Assembly: GCF_009914755.1 (NCBI RefSeq)
Contig: NC_060927.1
Source of the DNA: the human T2T-CHM13v2.0 reference genome, Homo sapiens
Reading direction: 5' to 3' (one strand)
Length of the DNA stretch: 64,000 nt
Shown: positions 12,650 to 33,025 of the stretch, piece by piece
Layout of the letters: every line of letters begins with the position of its first letter
Position numbering within the stretch: position 1 is the first letter of the stretch
Made by a program: the position numbers and the translations under genes
Notes under the pieces: model-generated
Database searches by the model: none
The model's input: the letters and a program-made list of their open reading frames with translations, nothing else
What the model was told of the DNA's origin: nothing

Positions 12650-13429
12650 GGAGTCTCCTCAAAACTATGTCCTCTGCTTTTCTTCCAGTGTATTTGGGTT
12701 TTGAGTGGCTCTAGTCTCAGCTGTGAGCTCAGCTCCTGTCTACACAAGTGACATTTGAATCCATCTTTTCACCTTTGAACTTATCACCTCTGTCCATTTT
12801 TTACATTGCCATTTTTCAAATACACTTCTTCCACTGGACATTCATTTACAACTCAAATTATACCCAGTGAAAGCCTGTCTTCTACTCTTTCCTAGGGAAG
12901 GGTAGCCACAGCCTTTTCCCTTACACCATTTAGTCTCCAAATCAGGCAATTTATAAGTCCCATTTGTGACTTAGCAATAGTCTCTTACCAACTCCACCAA
13001 GCCAGTTAATGCAAATTTACTTGATTCCCTGAGTCACTAGAAGGAGTTCCTAGAGATTCAAGTTCACTGCCCTTGCCTCACGTATACCTTATGCAAGTTA
13101 ATTTTGATCCTTGGTGGTTATCCACAATTTCTCTTTAGGAAAGTTTAAAAATACCACCAAAAAGAAACTTCAGATTCATTTAAAATCTATTCTTGCATTT
13201 TCTCCTATATGTACCTTTATTGCTTAAAATTGTTCAATTTTTTAAGAAGATTTTAGATTATTATGTCATCTTTTCCCTCTGTGCAGTTTTAGAACCACAG
13301 TAATATTGCCCAGAATATTGGAGCTATGTTTTCACCATAGTACATTCCCTAGCGTTGGACTTTTCTAGTTAATCCCTGAGATTTTCCAAAGCTTTTACAT
13401 AGTGGAAGGGAATAAAGGAGGCAGTGAGA

Positions 13430-13660
13430 CAAAGCAAGGTTTGAATCCCAGTTCTGCTATTTTCTAGCAGGGTGACTTTTGATAAATTCCTTTACTCCTC
13501 TGAGCCTTGCTTTTGTCTGTTAGTTTCTTTCCCTCTTAACTATAAAATGAAGTTGGTAATGTGTGCCTCATAGACTGGCTTTAAGAATTAAATGAGGTAA
13601 CACAGTGGTGGCTCTACCTAGCAGGATCCCCAACAGTGGCTCAGTGAGTGCTAGCTCCTT
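13430..13660 (+). mobile_element. MIR
   Basis: ggtttgaatcccagttctgc...gtgactttt...ctctgagcct...aagaattaaatgaggtaa. Confidence 0.75.
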
Positions 13661-13894
13661 TCTCCCTCACTTCTCATCCCATTCCACCCCCTTGCATCCA
13701 GGAGCTAAGTAGAACCAATTTCCTGAGAGTTAACGGGTTAAAGTTCAGATGGAAGTAGAGTCTGACATTATATGCATTATTAATAAAAATCGACAAACAT
13801 ATGTTTTTCACTTCCATGTAGTTCTCTTATAGGAAAACCTTAGCTATGTAAAATACCACCCCAAACCCATAAGTGGAAAAAGAGAAAAGTAATT

Positions 13895-14065
13895 TTGGTA
13901 AAATTCTAAACACTTTCCATGTCCAGCATTCATCTAACTCACAGGAGAGGATCCATGAAGATCCTATGCTCTATTGTGTTGGACCTTGGCTTTCAAATTT
14001 ATAATAGATTAGAAAAGACTGGACAAAGTGGAAACATTGGCAGTAGTGAAAACTACAGCTGTGGC
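13895..14065 (-). pseudogene. Ankyrin-like remnant IINLKAKVQHNRA*DLHGSSPVS*MNAGHGKCLEF
   Basis: Pyrimidine-rich acceptor ctttctcgacttcAG; D-x-x-G-x-S-P...GH-x-x-C-L-E pattern; three stops. Confidence 0.35.
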
Positions 14066-15079
14066 CTGAAGTCGAGAAAGGAAGCTGGAAAACCACAAAA
14101 ATTAGATAGGATAATTTTCTTTAAAAAAGAAGTAGTTTAGCACCTTTAGCAGTTCTGCAGTCCCTGAGAACATTATAGGCTAGTATAACGATCAATGTTC
14201 ATAATAATGGTCCTTAATTGTCAGTAAAATATATATTATGTGGTTTGTAGTTGATGTAAGTATATTGGCAAGTGTATAATAATTTATAAAAACTTCTCTG
14301 CTAAGTAGCTAATATGTTGTCTTAAAAAAGATGTTGGTGACCCTTCATCAGAGAAACTTCTATTATCTTGAAACTTCAGTATTTGGAACATCTGTGATAA
14401 GTCAGTTACTTTCACTAATGCCAATGTGTGTGTGGTGAGGGGTTGGGTGTGGGTGGGGTGTGTACATACAAATAAATAAAAAGATTTGTTATGATATAGT
14501 TAAGTAAAAACATCCCCTTTCAACTCTACATCGGGAGAGTCAGTTACCAAAGGTATAAAAATTCTTAATTCTAGTATGGTTTCACAGAACATTGCTACAG
14601 TGAAGTCTCAGAAGATAAAACCACATCTATCAAATACTATTTCCCTGGGTTAGGAACAAACATCCTTTGAGTAAATAACAGCCTTCTTCACCTGAAGAAA
14701 TAAAACTTCGCACTTCCCATCATCACCTAAAAAAGGTGATTTTTGTCATTCTCCCTCTGCATTAAATTATCCTGAATGTTTCAGCTTCTTAAAGTAAATT
14801 GGCTTCCCCAGAACTAGCTGTGTTTTTGAAATTATGTTTCTTTCCTTAGAAATAATTTCCATATATTATTGAGCTCTACTACAAAGTTTCTATCCTGGGT
14901 AATTTTTCTTCTGCAACTTTGTGGATTTAAATATAATAGTTACATAGGCCACATATATATTGACAATATTTATTATAAATTCTTGTGACTTAAGTTTTAA
15001 TTTTTTCCTCATTTTTTTTCAAAACAAACCAAAGGCCTATATCCAACAGATGCTGAAGTTTTACTTCCATTTAAAAGGA

Positions 15080-15250
15080 ATATATATATATAGCATATAA
15101 ATATATATTTTATATTAAAAGAAATATAAATATATATTGCATATGAATATATACTTTGTGTATAAATATATAGATAATAAATATATGTATGTGTAAATAT
15201 ATATGTTTATTATGTATATTACCTTTACATAATAGTATACATATATATAT
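15080..15250. repeat. TA-rich low-complexity tract
   Basis: Degenerate (TA)n. Confidence 0.8.
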
Positions 15251-15625
15251 CTTGCCTTTATTTGGATTAATCAAGTATTTTTAAATGTTATTTCATTTGT
15301 CCATATTAGCTTGTTACATATTTATGTATTAATCTTCTAGTAGTTATTCTAAACATTTCCACATATATCCTTGGTTATTCAGTTTATCATTATTTAGAAC
15401 TTTTAGTATTTCATGGATAATGCAAGAATTTAAAAACTGAAACTTCATTTACCCCATTTTCAATTTTTATGCTTTTGTTGTCAAGTATCTTCTTTCTCTA
15501 TTTTAAGTTTTATCAAACATAACTGTTTTTATATAGTGAGCATTTGTTCATATTGATGTCCTTTCACCGTTTCTGCTGCTCTTCATTCCGTGCTGCTTTC
15601 CTCTGCTTCCATTTGGGGCCATTTT

Positions 15626-21815
<6,190 letters not shown>

Positions 21816-21829
21816 TTTTGGGCCATTTT

Positions 21830-22910
<1,081 letters not shown>

Positions 22911-23429
22911 CCTATAACTATTCTAGAAATTTCACTAGACCAAAAGACTTTAGTAGAAAACAAATCTGCTGAAAGATGACTGTTGTCCTGGCCTATTGAA
23001 TCCTATCTCTACAAGTAGTAACAATTAACACAAGATATAAAGGCAAAACATCTTGAGAATTACATGCAGCAAAAGAGAGGGTGACCTGCATACATGACAT
23101 AAAAATGGTTATAGAATTTAAATGCTGAATAAGATTTTGGTGATTGTGTGAGCTAAACTCACCATAGTGCTTAGTATCTTGCACCTAATGAATACTCAAT
23201 AAATCTAAGTAATGAATTTATTTTCTAGGTGAATAAATTAAGCCCAGTAGGTGACCTGCACAAGACGCATAATGTGACCAGCCCAAGACGCATAATGTGA
23301 CCCGAACTAAGATGGAGCTCAATGTAGAAAAATGTCACACACAATTTTCATCTCTACAAAGTATCTTTGATATTGACACATTCATTTTTCTTTGCTTATT
23401 TGACTTTGCTTTCTTTGCTTATTTGACAC

Positions 23430-25740
23430 TTTATTTTTTAAAATTTTAAATATACAAATTAAATAGAATCATTACAAATATAAAGTAGATAGAATAATGA
23501 ATCTCCATGTACATATCACCCAAGTTTAAAATTGTTCAACATTCAAACAGTTATTTCAACCAGTTATTTTTTTCGTCTATTCTAATACCCATTCTCCAAC
23601 CCTCCATTTATTATTCTTTAATAAAATTTTCAAGGTAGAATTTATAATCATGGAAAATACAAATCTTAACCGTACAATATTGGCAAATGGATCTACTTAT
23701 GTAACTGTACTGTTACAGACTAAATGGTGTCCCTCCATAATTCATATACTGAATTCTTAACTCCCAATGTGACTATATTTGGAGACAGGGTCTATAAGGA
23801 GGTAATAATGGTTAAGTGAAGTCATAGGATGGGGCCTTAATCTGATAGGGCTCATGTTCTTATCAGGAGAGGAAGAGATGCCGGAGATCTCTCTTTCTGT
23901 GCATGCACAAAGAAGAGATCATGTCAGCATATGGTGTGACGGCAGTGCCTACACGCCAAGGTAAGAGGCCTCAGATTGATACCTGCCATGGCTGTACCTT
24001 GATCTTGGACTTTCCAACCTCCAAAACTGTGAGAAATAATCCACCCAGTATTTTGCTATTTTGTAAAGCAGCCTGAGCTGACTAATATATGCACACTAGC
24101 ATGATAGGAAGCATAGCAATCTACCCAGGAAATTCTCTTGTGTCTCTTTCCAGTCAATTTCTAATGCTCTTCTTCCCACCCTTGAGGCAGCCACTGTTCG
24201 TTTTTCCCCCCTTATATTAGTTTTGCCTATTTTAGAAATTCATATAGATGAAATAATTCAGTATGTTGTCTTTTTTGTTTCTTTCATTCAGTATTCTGTC
24301 TGTAAGACTTACCTGTGCTATGACTCCTTTTCATTGTTCCATAGTATTCCATCGTGTGAGTATAATTGATCTATTCTCATGTTGTAGACATTTGAGTTGA
24401 TTCCAGCTTTTGTGACTATAACTGCTATGAACATTCTTGTACAAGACTTTTTGTGGGCATGAGTTATGACTTCTCTTGGATAAATGCCTAGAAGTGAAAT
24501 TGCTGGGTCAAAGACTACAAATATGTTTCACCCATTCTAGTGAATGTGTAGTGGTATCTCATTGGAATTATAGCTTAAATATCCCTGATGACTAATAATG
24601 TGGAACACTTTTTTAATGTGCTTATTGGTCATTTGTATATTTTTTTCTGTGAAGTGTCTGCTGTGCCTTTACTTATTTGGAATTGCTTACTAAGTTGTAA
24701 TTCATTATATGTTCTGCATGTAGACATATAATTTGTGATATTTTCTGTATGTCTGTGGCTTGCCTATTCCTAAGAAGAGGAAAATAGCAGAAGAGAAGAT
24801 AGCATTTAGAAGAATACACAAGCCACAGACATACAGAAAAATATATGCTATCTTTTGATGAACACAAATTTTAAATTTTAATGAAATCTAATTCATCAAA
24901 TTTTTTTTCCTACGGTTATCACTTACTGCATTCTGCCTAAGAAATCTTTGCCTACCTCACATTATGAAAACACTATTCTTGATTTTCTTTGAAAGGCTTT
25001 ATGGTTTTAGTTTTTACGTTTAGGCCTATGATCTATGTTAATATTAACATACTTGAAATCACATTGTGTATATAGCTTTGTAATATTCTCCCACCTCCAA
25101 CACTATTTCATCAATCTTTTCACATGTCATTGAAGATACTTCATAAATAATATTAGGAGTTGTGTGACTTTCTATGCTATAGATGTGCTGTAATTTATTT
25201 AATGGTTCCTTTATTTTTGGACATTTAGGTTATTCTCCCTCTGCTGTTATACTTGTAATAAAAATCTGTTTTTGCATATGTATGTGCATTTTGGATTATT
25301 TCTTTTGGGTGCATTCCTAGAAGGGGAATTGCTGGGCCAAACAGTATGGAACACCTTTAAGTCTCTTAATACATATTATTTCCCTAGATGCTTTCCAGAA
25401 GAGAATATGATCATTTAAATTCCCACCAGCAGCATATGAAAATGGCTATCTCATCATATTCTCTCATTGAGTACTATCCCTCTTTCAAATCTTTTCTCCT
25501 TTGGTACACTAAAGAAGGTATTTCTTGCAGTGTCAGTTTGTATTTCTTTTATCATTAATGAGTTTGGACTTTTAAAATAGATTCATTAAATTTGTTTTCC
25601 TAATTTTTGAATAGCCAGTTCATATGCTATGCTCACTTATCTATTATTTTTTCAACAGGGGTCCTATCTTTTATTTCCTATGAGTTCCAGAAATTTATTT
25701 ACTAAGTATATTAGCCACTTGTCTTATTTTATACTCATAT
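23430..25740 (-). mobile_element. Old L1M (MB/ME-type) 3' fragments
   Basis: Antisense L1 motifs such as tgctatgaacattcttgtacaag, gaaattgctgggtca; interrupted by an MLT1. Confidence 0.7.
23711..24088 (+). mobile_element. MLT1A-like MaLR solo LTR
   Basis: tgttacagactaaatggtgtccc...ccttgatcttggactttccaacctccaaaactgtgagaaataa...gcagcctgagctgactaata. Confidence 0.85.
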
Positions 25741-26587
25741 TATTCTTAGTTTTTGCTTATGATTTTTGGTTATGATTTTTGATGATGTTAGTGGTCCCAC
25801 TCAAAATTTTTGTCAGTACTATAAAGACATTTGGAAATATATCAGTAGGAAAATTTCAGAGACAGGAAAAGCTAGCAATAGTGAGCTAAGCATAATGCCT
25901 TTTACCAGGATGGTAGAGTCAGAATTTTCATCTTTGGCCTGCTCAGCAATTACTGTGTTCAAGAACGGGTCCCATGTTTATCTTCTGCCTGTTTCCCCAT
26001 GTATAAAATACAGATACATATTAAAATTTTATGAGACTCCTAGATGATGTCAGTATAATTAAATGCAAAGTATGCCTATAAGCTATTTTAGCATACATGT
26101 TATGTGGAAAGTACAGAACCATTTTCTTTCCTTTTATATATTTGTAGGAGATAAAAATGTAATAAAATGCATACATTATTATACTTTTATGGTAAAACTA
26201 AATTTATTATATTAAAAACACAATTCCCTAAAAGAAAAGATATTATTATTGAAAACAGATGTAATTGTATTGAATGTAATACCCTGGGAAAATTAAACAA
26301 GAAAGACACCTTAATTAATGAAAAGGATTCATTCTAAATATACCCTTTCTTTATCAGACACAGCTATGCTTTCTGAAACCTCACCCCTCTTGTTAGTTAA
26401 TAGCAGAATTCACAAATGTTCTTTATGAATTTAAAGTGTTTTACTTATATCATGTTGCTTTCTTTGGATTATGAAATCATAGATTCCTTATAGACCTGGA
26501 AGATTTGAAGACCTTCTTGTCTAGTTTTATAGTTCTGAGAACTGAGGCCCAAGAAATTTCAGTATTTTCTCAAAAACTAGTTATTTA

Positions 26588-26892
<305 letters not shown>

Positions 26893-27242
26893 ACTAGTTA
26901 TTTCCAAAAAACGAATGCTAGGGCCCAGACCAGAACCTGAAATCTCTTGCTCTCTACTCTGGAGTTCTTCCATAGCTCCCACACTGAGTAAAGGAAGTTA
27001 GTAAGTAAATTCAAAGCACAGCTACCTCAAAAATGAAAAACAGAACACTTCAAAATGTGTACTTTTTAGCATAAGATCCATTATCCAAGAGCCTAATGCT
27101 TTCTTGTTCTAACACAATGATTTGATTGTGTTTCCAATATACAGGTAATAGGAGAGTAGTATCCAAACTCTAGCATGTGGAAAATTGTGTGTTCAAAAAG
27201 AGGTATAAATTATGGCTTTTAGATAGTATATTTGTCATTTAC

Positions 27243-27322
27243 CTATAGAGTGGCTTCTGTTTTACAAGACTTTCTACCAGATGTCACAGGGCAAAACTTT
27301 TGGAGGTATTTTCCATTTGCTA
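27243..27322 (-). pseudogene. Weak ankyrin-like remnant (NTSKSFAL*HLVESLVKQK)
   Basis: Acceptor ttttttattaAG, donor TAG|GTAAAT; motif match weak. Confidence 0.25.
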
Positions 27323-28786
27323 CTTAATAAAAAATATATGTATACATCTGAAGCCCTCTTTTAAATTTACTTCAAAGGAAAAAATATCTGCTGCAAAGAC
27401 TCTTCAGATTATTTATGAAAAATGAATTGTCATTTCATCTTAGAACAAGGTAAACAAAGCCATATAAAGCATTGCTCAGAACTGTCAGAGATGCATACAG
27501 CTTTTAAATCAGAAGGGAGACTTACTGCTGCATTTTAAGCCAGTGCTTTGTTATGCCACACTATGTAAGTAATTGAAATGATGAATGAAAAACACAACGT
27601 TCTAGCATATATAGTGATAAACATGCTATCAACACTCTTGTTAACTACCGCAGAGCATGACAAATGAAACTGATCCACTGACCTTTGTGAAATAAACTAC
27701 TATCTGTAGGCTGTGTGGAAAGCTTGTTAGATGGACTGTTGTTTGGACAACATATAGTTTTAGTAGCTATCAATAAAAAAGGACTCAATTAAATGCTATT
27801 AATTTAGTGACTTCCCCTGAAAACATGTTTCATCCACATAAAAGTATCTCTATAGACTTATTGGAAGATAAGAGAGTCTAAAGCTTTTTGAGAATCTTTC
27901 TGAAAATTTATCAGGAAATAAGATATTGAGTGCAGAATTGTTGAGGAACAGTCAATATATTTAACTGTATTTAACTCAGTGAGCCCAGCTTAGCAAAGCT
28001 GCTTGGTTTTTCTTTCTTTCTTTCTTTCTTTTTTTCTTGTCACACACTCTTATGGGATATTAAAGTGTTCTAATTAAATTATCATTGAGTAAACTACAGT
28101 ATCAGTACTGGCAGTCATCTTTTCCATTTTCTTAAATTAAGTGTTTATTGTTTGTTCTTTGAAAACTTAGGCCAATGAATATTTGCATAGATGGCATAAA
28201 TGAATTGGTGTAGGCTTTCCACTCTAAGCCCATTTCGAAGGTGAATAAGCTCAGCTGTGGAGGGAGAGTATCTTCAAGTTCCTTAGCAGGTTGAAAGGGT
28301 AAATGGCAGAAGGCACAATATCTAGAATTCAGTTGCTGGCACCAAGTCCAGAGTTCTCTCTATGACCCAATGTTAAGAATGAGTTTCATCTATAGAAGCA
28401 CTGGGCAAAAGTAAAACTTGGTGTTTTCATTTTGTCACATTTTTCTTAATGGAAATAGGAACAGATATGTTAAATAACTAAATTTACCAAACAGTTCTTT
28501 TTTGGGAGTTAATTCAGCAGGAAACCTCTTATAGTTTCCCCTTTCTAGGTCAAGAGAAAAACATTCTAACAACACTAGGGGATTTTGAAGTACATATCAT
28601 ATCTCCCAAAAGAGAATTATGCAATCAGAAAAATGATTGCTTAACTTATGATTAAAGAAATGCAGACTACATTATGACAGCCTAGTGCATTGCCAGTCTA
28701 GCTTTGACATTAACTTGACATGTGTCTCAGTCCAGTGAGTTGATCCCACAGAATTATTTTTTTGCCCTATGTTTTATGATGCTTAC

Positions 28787-28873
28787 AGAAAAGAATGATG
28801 TTGGCTGCACCAAGAGCAGCATGAAGGGTCTTCACTGTGCAGAGCAGTAGCATGGAGTGGGGACACATACCCT
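28787..28873 (-). pseudogene. Ankyrin-like exon remnant GYVSPLHATALH[fs]VKTLHAALGAANI
   Basis: Strong acceptor tctttatccctgcAG, donor |GTAAGC; SPLH-A motif followed by V-x-x-L...GA-N. Confidence 0.55.
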
Positions 28874-29224
28874 CTGCAGGGATAAAGATAGTTCCTGACG
28901 AATATCAAAATAAGGTGACCACTCTATGGTAATTACCTGGCAAATTCTGCCCCCAAACGGAACATTTTGTTAAATTAGAGAAGACAACATTTCCTAACAT
29001 GAGACTGTTTAAGAATTTAACCTCAACTCTAATGGGAAATAGAAGCACAAACAGAATGACAGTGGTCACCTAGAGTGGCAACTATCACCCAGTGTTCTGA
29101 GGATTATGTCTATTCAGATTGAACTTTAGATTTGCACTTGTAAACATTCAGCAACCAGGAAAGGCTATTCCATTGGAACCAACACTAACCATTCCCAGAA
29201 CATTAATCAAAGACCACCAAGTCA

Positions 29225-29264
29225 GCCGGGCGCGGTGGCTCACGCCTGTAATCCCAGCACTTTG
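29225..29264 (+). mobile_element. 40-bp Alu 5' fragment, no tail
   Basis: gccgggcgcggtggctcacgcctgtaatcccagcactttg, matches consensus. Confidence 0.9.
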
Positions 29265-30384
29265 TTTTATTGACTAATGTTTTATTGAACCCAGGTTATT
29301 ATAGTTAATGGACAAAATTTTAACCCTTTTAAGCCCTAATATTTTATCAGAATTATAAAAAGGATGATAAAATGGGAACAGAAATAGAATCTGATTCACA
29401 AAGTAGTAGTGGGTGGTAGGAGACAATATCCATGAAGCAAGTGTCCATCACAGTGGTTGACATGCACTAAGTCCTCAATAAAGAGTTCTGTTAGTATTAT
29501 TAACAATATGTTAAAGCTGTGAGGATGAGTGTGTGTGCATATGTGTGTGTGTATGTGTTTTGCCTATATAAGCTTGTCTGTTTATTTTTCAATAATTTAG
29601 GTGCTTTGAAACAAAACCTTTTGAAGTTTTCTAAAAACACCTAATGAACAGATTTCATTATAACAAACAAATAAGCAAACATTGCCTTTAGAACTGAAGT
29701 AGTATGGATGTATATTATAAATATTTATTGTAGATTATTTGAAAATTATATATTAAATCTGAGAACTTTGATAGAAGAGGGTTTTGGTCTGAAACATATA
29801 AATAGAGGTGAATTAAAGCAAACAGAACCTATGATCCTTCACTTATACTATCATTTATGAGTGATTATTGTGGAAACTTTTAAATTAATTTCTTCTCTGG
29901 CAGAAAATACATATAGATATTACATTTCATTAAAAAATCTTTTCTAACAATGATTCTTCTCTGTTATCTCACTAATAAGGTCTTTAAAGTATCTTTTTCA
30001 TTTCTAGCCTATAATGATAAAAACTATCATGAGAAATTTTTCTTCATTGTCCTAGGTTTCAAAAAAATTATACTTTACATATCTCAAAAATTTCCTGTCA
30101 TTAAAATTGCACTTGTATTATAGGGGGAAAATTCTCATTTCATCAATGAGCCCTAAAAATGCTGATTGGGCAGTGCCTAAAGCCTTATGTCCTGATTGAA
30201 TTATAACCTGGCACCTCACTCTGCTGCAGTCAAATCTTAGGGTGTTCACCAAACAATTTCTGGGCAAAGGGAGCAATTCAGGACAAAATAAGCCATGTTT
30301 TAAATTTATTCCTAGTCATGTGTAAGAGGGACCAGAAGCAGGAAGGTGGAGTTCCCTGGCTGTCTTTCTGGCTTCTTTCTGTGC

Positions 30385-31320
30385 CATTCATTCATTTAAT
30401 TTTCAACAATGCTTGGCCTGTTTGCTATCTTCTGAGAGCTAGGGGTCCACTGGTGAGCAAAATCAGATGCTCAACTTATACTCATGGAATTTAGAGAGTT
30501 TAGGAGGAATGTGAATAGTAATAAAAACAAATTATGAGTATCAGTGTAAAATTGCAACTGTGAGAAGAGCTGCACAGGAGAGATTACTGGTACCTGGCCA
30601 GAGACATTAGGAAAGGCTCTCTGGGGGAGATACTGTTTGACCTAAAGTCTGAAAGGATGAGATGGAATTCCTTAACAGAAAGACCTTTTAGCAAGATGGG
30701 ATTTAGTGACAGCAGAGAACCAAAAGAAGGATGCAATGGCCAGAACAGATTGCTGAGGGGCAGTGTGGAACTAGAAGAAGCTGGAGATGTGAGCAGGAGC
30801 CAGAGAATTCTGGCCTTCATACACCATGGTAAGGAGTTCCCTCTTTATCCCCAAAGCCATGAGAGGCCTTTAAAGGGCTTCGAGTAGTGGTATGTAGTGG
30901 TTTGACATGGTCAGATTTGCATTTTGGAAAGATGCCCACTCTGGCTGCAAGGCTGAAACAGATTGTAGGGAGCGATGGTGGTTGGGGAGAGATTAGTTAG
31001 GGGGTTACTTTGGAATCCACATGAACCAGGGGAGTGGCCTAAAGTAGCATCGTGGTGGAGGTGGAGAGTAATGGTTATATTTAAGAAAGTTCAGTTTGGA
31101 GAGTGGGGGAGAGGGGGCCAGGAGTGAGGCCTAGTTTTCTGGATATGAGACTGGAGAAATGGGGATACCATTTGTTGAGTTAGGAAGCAATGGAGGTGGA
31201 AGACCTGGTTTTCAGTAAATGATCATCAATTTTTGTTTCTAATACATTGAGTTTGTAGTTTCTTTGAGGCTCCTGAGGGGAACTGTCAAGGAAGTTTTTG
31301 GGTATTGGGGGTCTATTTAG
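30385..31320 (-). mobile_element. L2 fragment
   Basis: cattcattcattt 3' end; gacatggtcagatttgcattttggaaagat..ctctggctgc. Confidence 0.8.
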
Positions 31321-32723
31321 GGATCCCCTGCACTCTGGGCCACGGCTATGCCTGGCCTTTTGGGGGACATTTAAATTTCCCTCACAAACTTTGGAATCTA
31401 TGTTGGGTTTAGATTTTGGAGGTGAATTCTTTGGCACCAGCCTGTGCTAAATTTCCTCTTAGAAGTTCCAACAGCCCCTAAGGGTCCTGTTGGAACAGAA
31501 CTCCTCACTCCTCTCCACACACAGCTGCCTTGAACTTCTACCCCATGTCTAGTATCTCCTTAAGTCTTCTTTGAGCTACAGGGAGAGATGACTCCTGGAA
31601 ATTGCATCCTCAACGCTGGTCAATTTCTTTCCATCTTATCTAGTCTGTTTGAACCATATTCACCAGCAGGCTGTTAGGTCTGGTTCTGTTTATCGATTTG
31701 CCTGTGGATCTGTGCTTAGTTGTTTGATGAGGGGCCTTTAATGGTAACCTCTTCTTCCAAGGGCATTATCAGTTTCCTGTTGCTTCTCGGCTGCCTCCAG
31801 CTTATACTTCTCATTTCATTTTATTTCAGCTGGAGCTACTTATTAAATGTCATGAAAACTTCCTGCTTATCAGTAGGAGTTTCTGCAGTTCTCAGCTATA
31901 GGTAGACCTGAGAATATTGACAAGTGTTGAGCTTACTCATATCACTAGGTTCTGTTTGATAGTTTGTCTCTTAGATAACTACTTCAAAGCAAATTTCTAG
32001 AATCCTGTACTTTCAATTTTATAACAAAAAAAATGCTCAGCAAATACAGTAACGACAAATCATTTCCTCTCAAAAGAGCAAGATCATTTTCAGTATATAG
32101 ATGTCTATTTTTTAACATTGATTGACTCTTTCATATACTTTTTAATTTATTTGACAAATATTTCTTAGGCCCATCTCATGGGTTGAATTAGAAGGAAGAA
32201 TTCCTTCTATTTCCTTCTATGTCTTTCACTTAGAAATTGACCAAGGACATTTCTGCCGTCCAATTAATCCAGGGAAAAATTAATGGTTCAAATGCTCCTG
32301 GCAGCAATAAAGTTAACTAATTTTTACCCAACTTCTCAAAAACTTAATGCTCAAAAAAAAAGAAAGAAAGAAAAAAAAGCCCTTATTCACTTGTTAGAAA
32401 CACTTTGCTGATTTATTTCTCAACATCCCACTTCTGGTATATTAAAAATACTGACTGGAATGTTTATAAACCTGTAAGCTTCATTCACAATTCTGTGTGA
32501 ATCTACCTTGTCATAAGATTTTTATTTTTGTCTACTTTAAGTTTAGGCTGCAGAGATAACTTGGCTCACTGTGTCATCTTTTAATTATCATAGATATGTC
32601 TACGATAGATAATTTAATTAAAACACCTTGAATATATCTGCAAAAATAAAATGAGATATTTCTCGATGTTTTCCAATTATCACCCTGTGAATTTTACAAG
32701 AAAGAAGGAGTGTTATATTCAAA

Positions 32724-33025
32724 GTGGCTCACACCTCTAATCCTAGCAATTTGGCAGGCTGAGGTGGGTGGATTGCTTGAGCCCAGGAGTTTGAGACTAG
32801 CCTGGGCAACATAGTGAAACCTTGTCTCCAGAAAAAATGCAAAAATTAATTGAGCATGGTGGCATGCACCCTTAATCCCAGCTACTCAGGAGGCTGAGGT
32901 AGGAGGATCACATGGGCCAGGGAGGTGGAGGTGGCAGCGACCAGTGATTGTGCCACTGCACTCCAGCCTGGGCAACAGAACAAGACCCTGTATCAAAAAT
33001 CAAACAAAACAAAAAAACAAACAAT
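32724..33025 (+). mobile_element. Alu (AluJ-like)
   Basis: ggattgcttgagcccaggagtttgagac; A/C-rich tail. Confidence 0.93.

Noticed and set aside
25890-26020. Exon-like segment with a minus-strand donor
   Set aside because: Sequence resembles a MIR core (ctgcctgtttccccatgtataaaatacagata)
27450-27570. Plus-strand KGDLLLHF with a GTAAGT donor
   Set aside because: Isolated and on the opposite strand; shows that short ankyrin-like matches arise by chance
31830-31901. Plus-strand exon candidate after a strong acceptor
   Set aside because: Weak donor, no convincing coding signal and no partner exons; at most a non-coding exon
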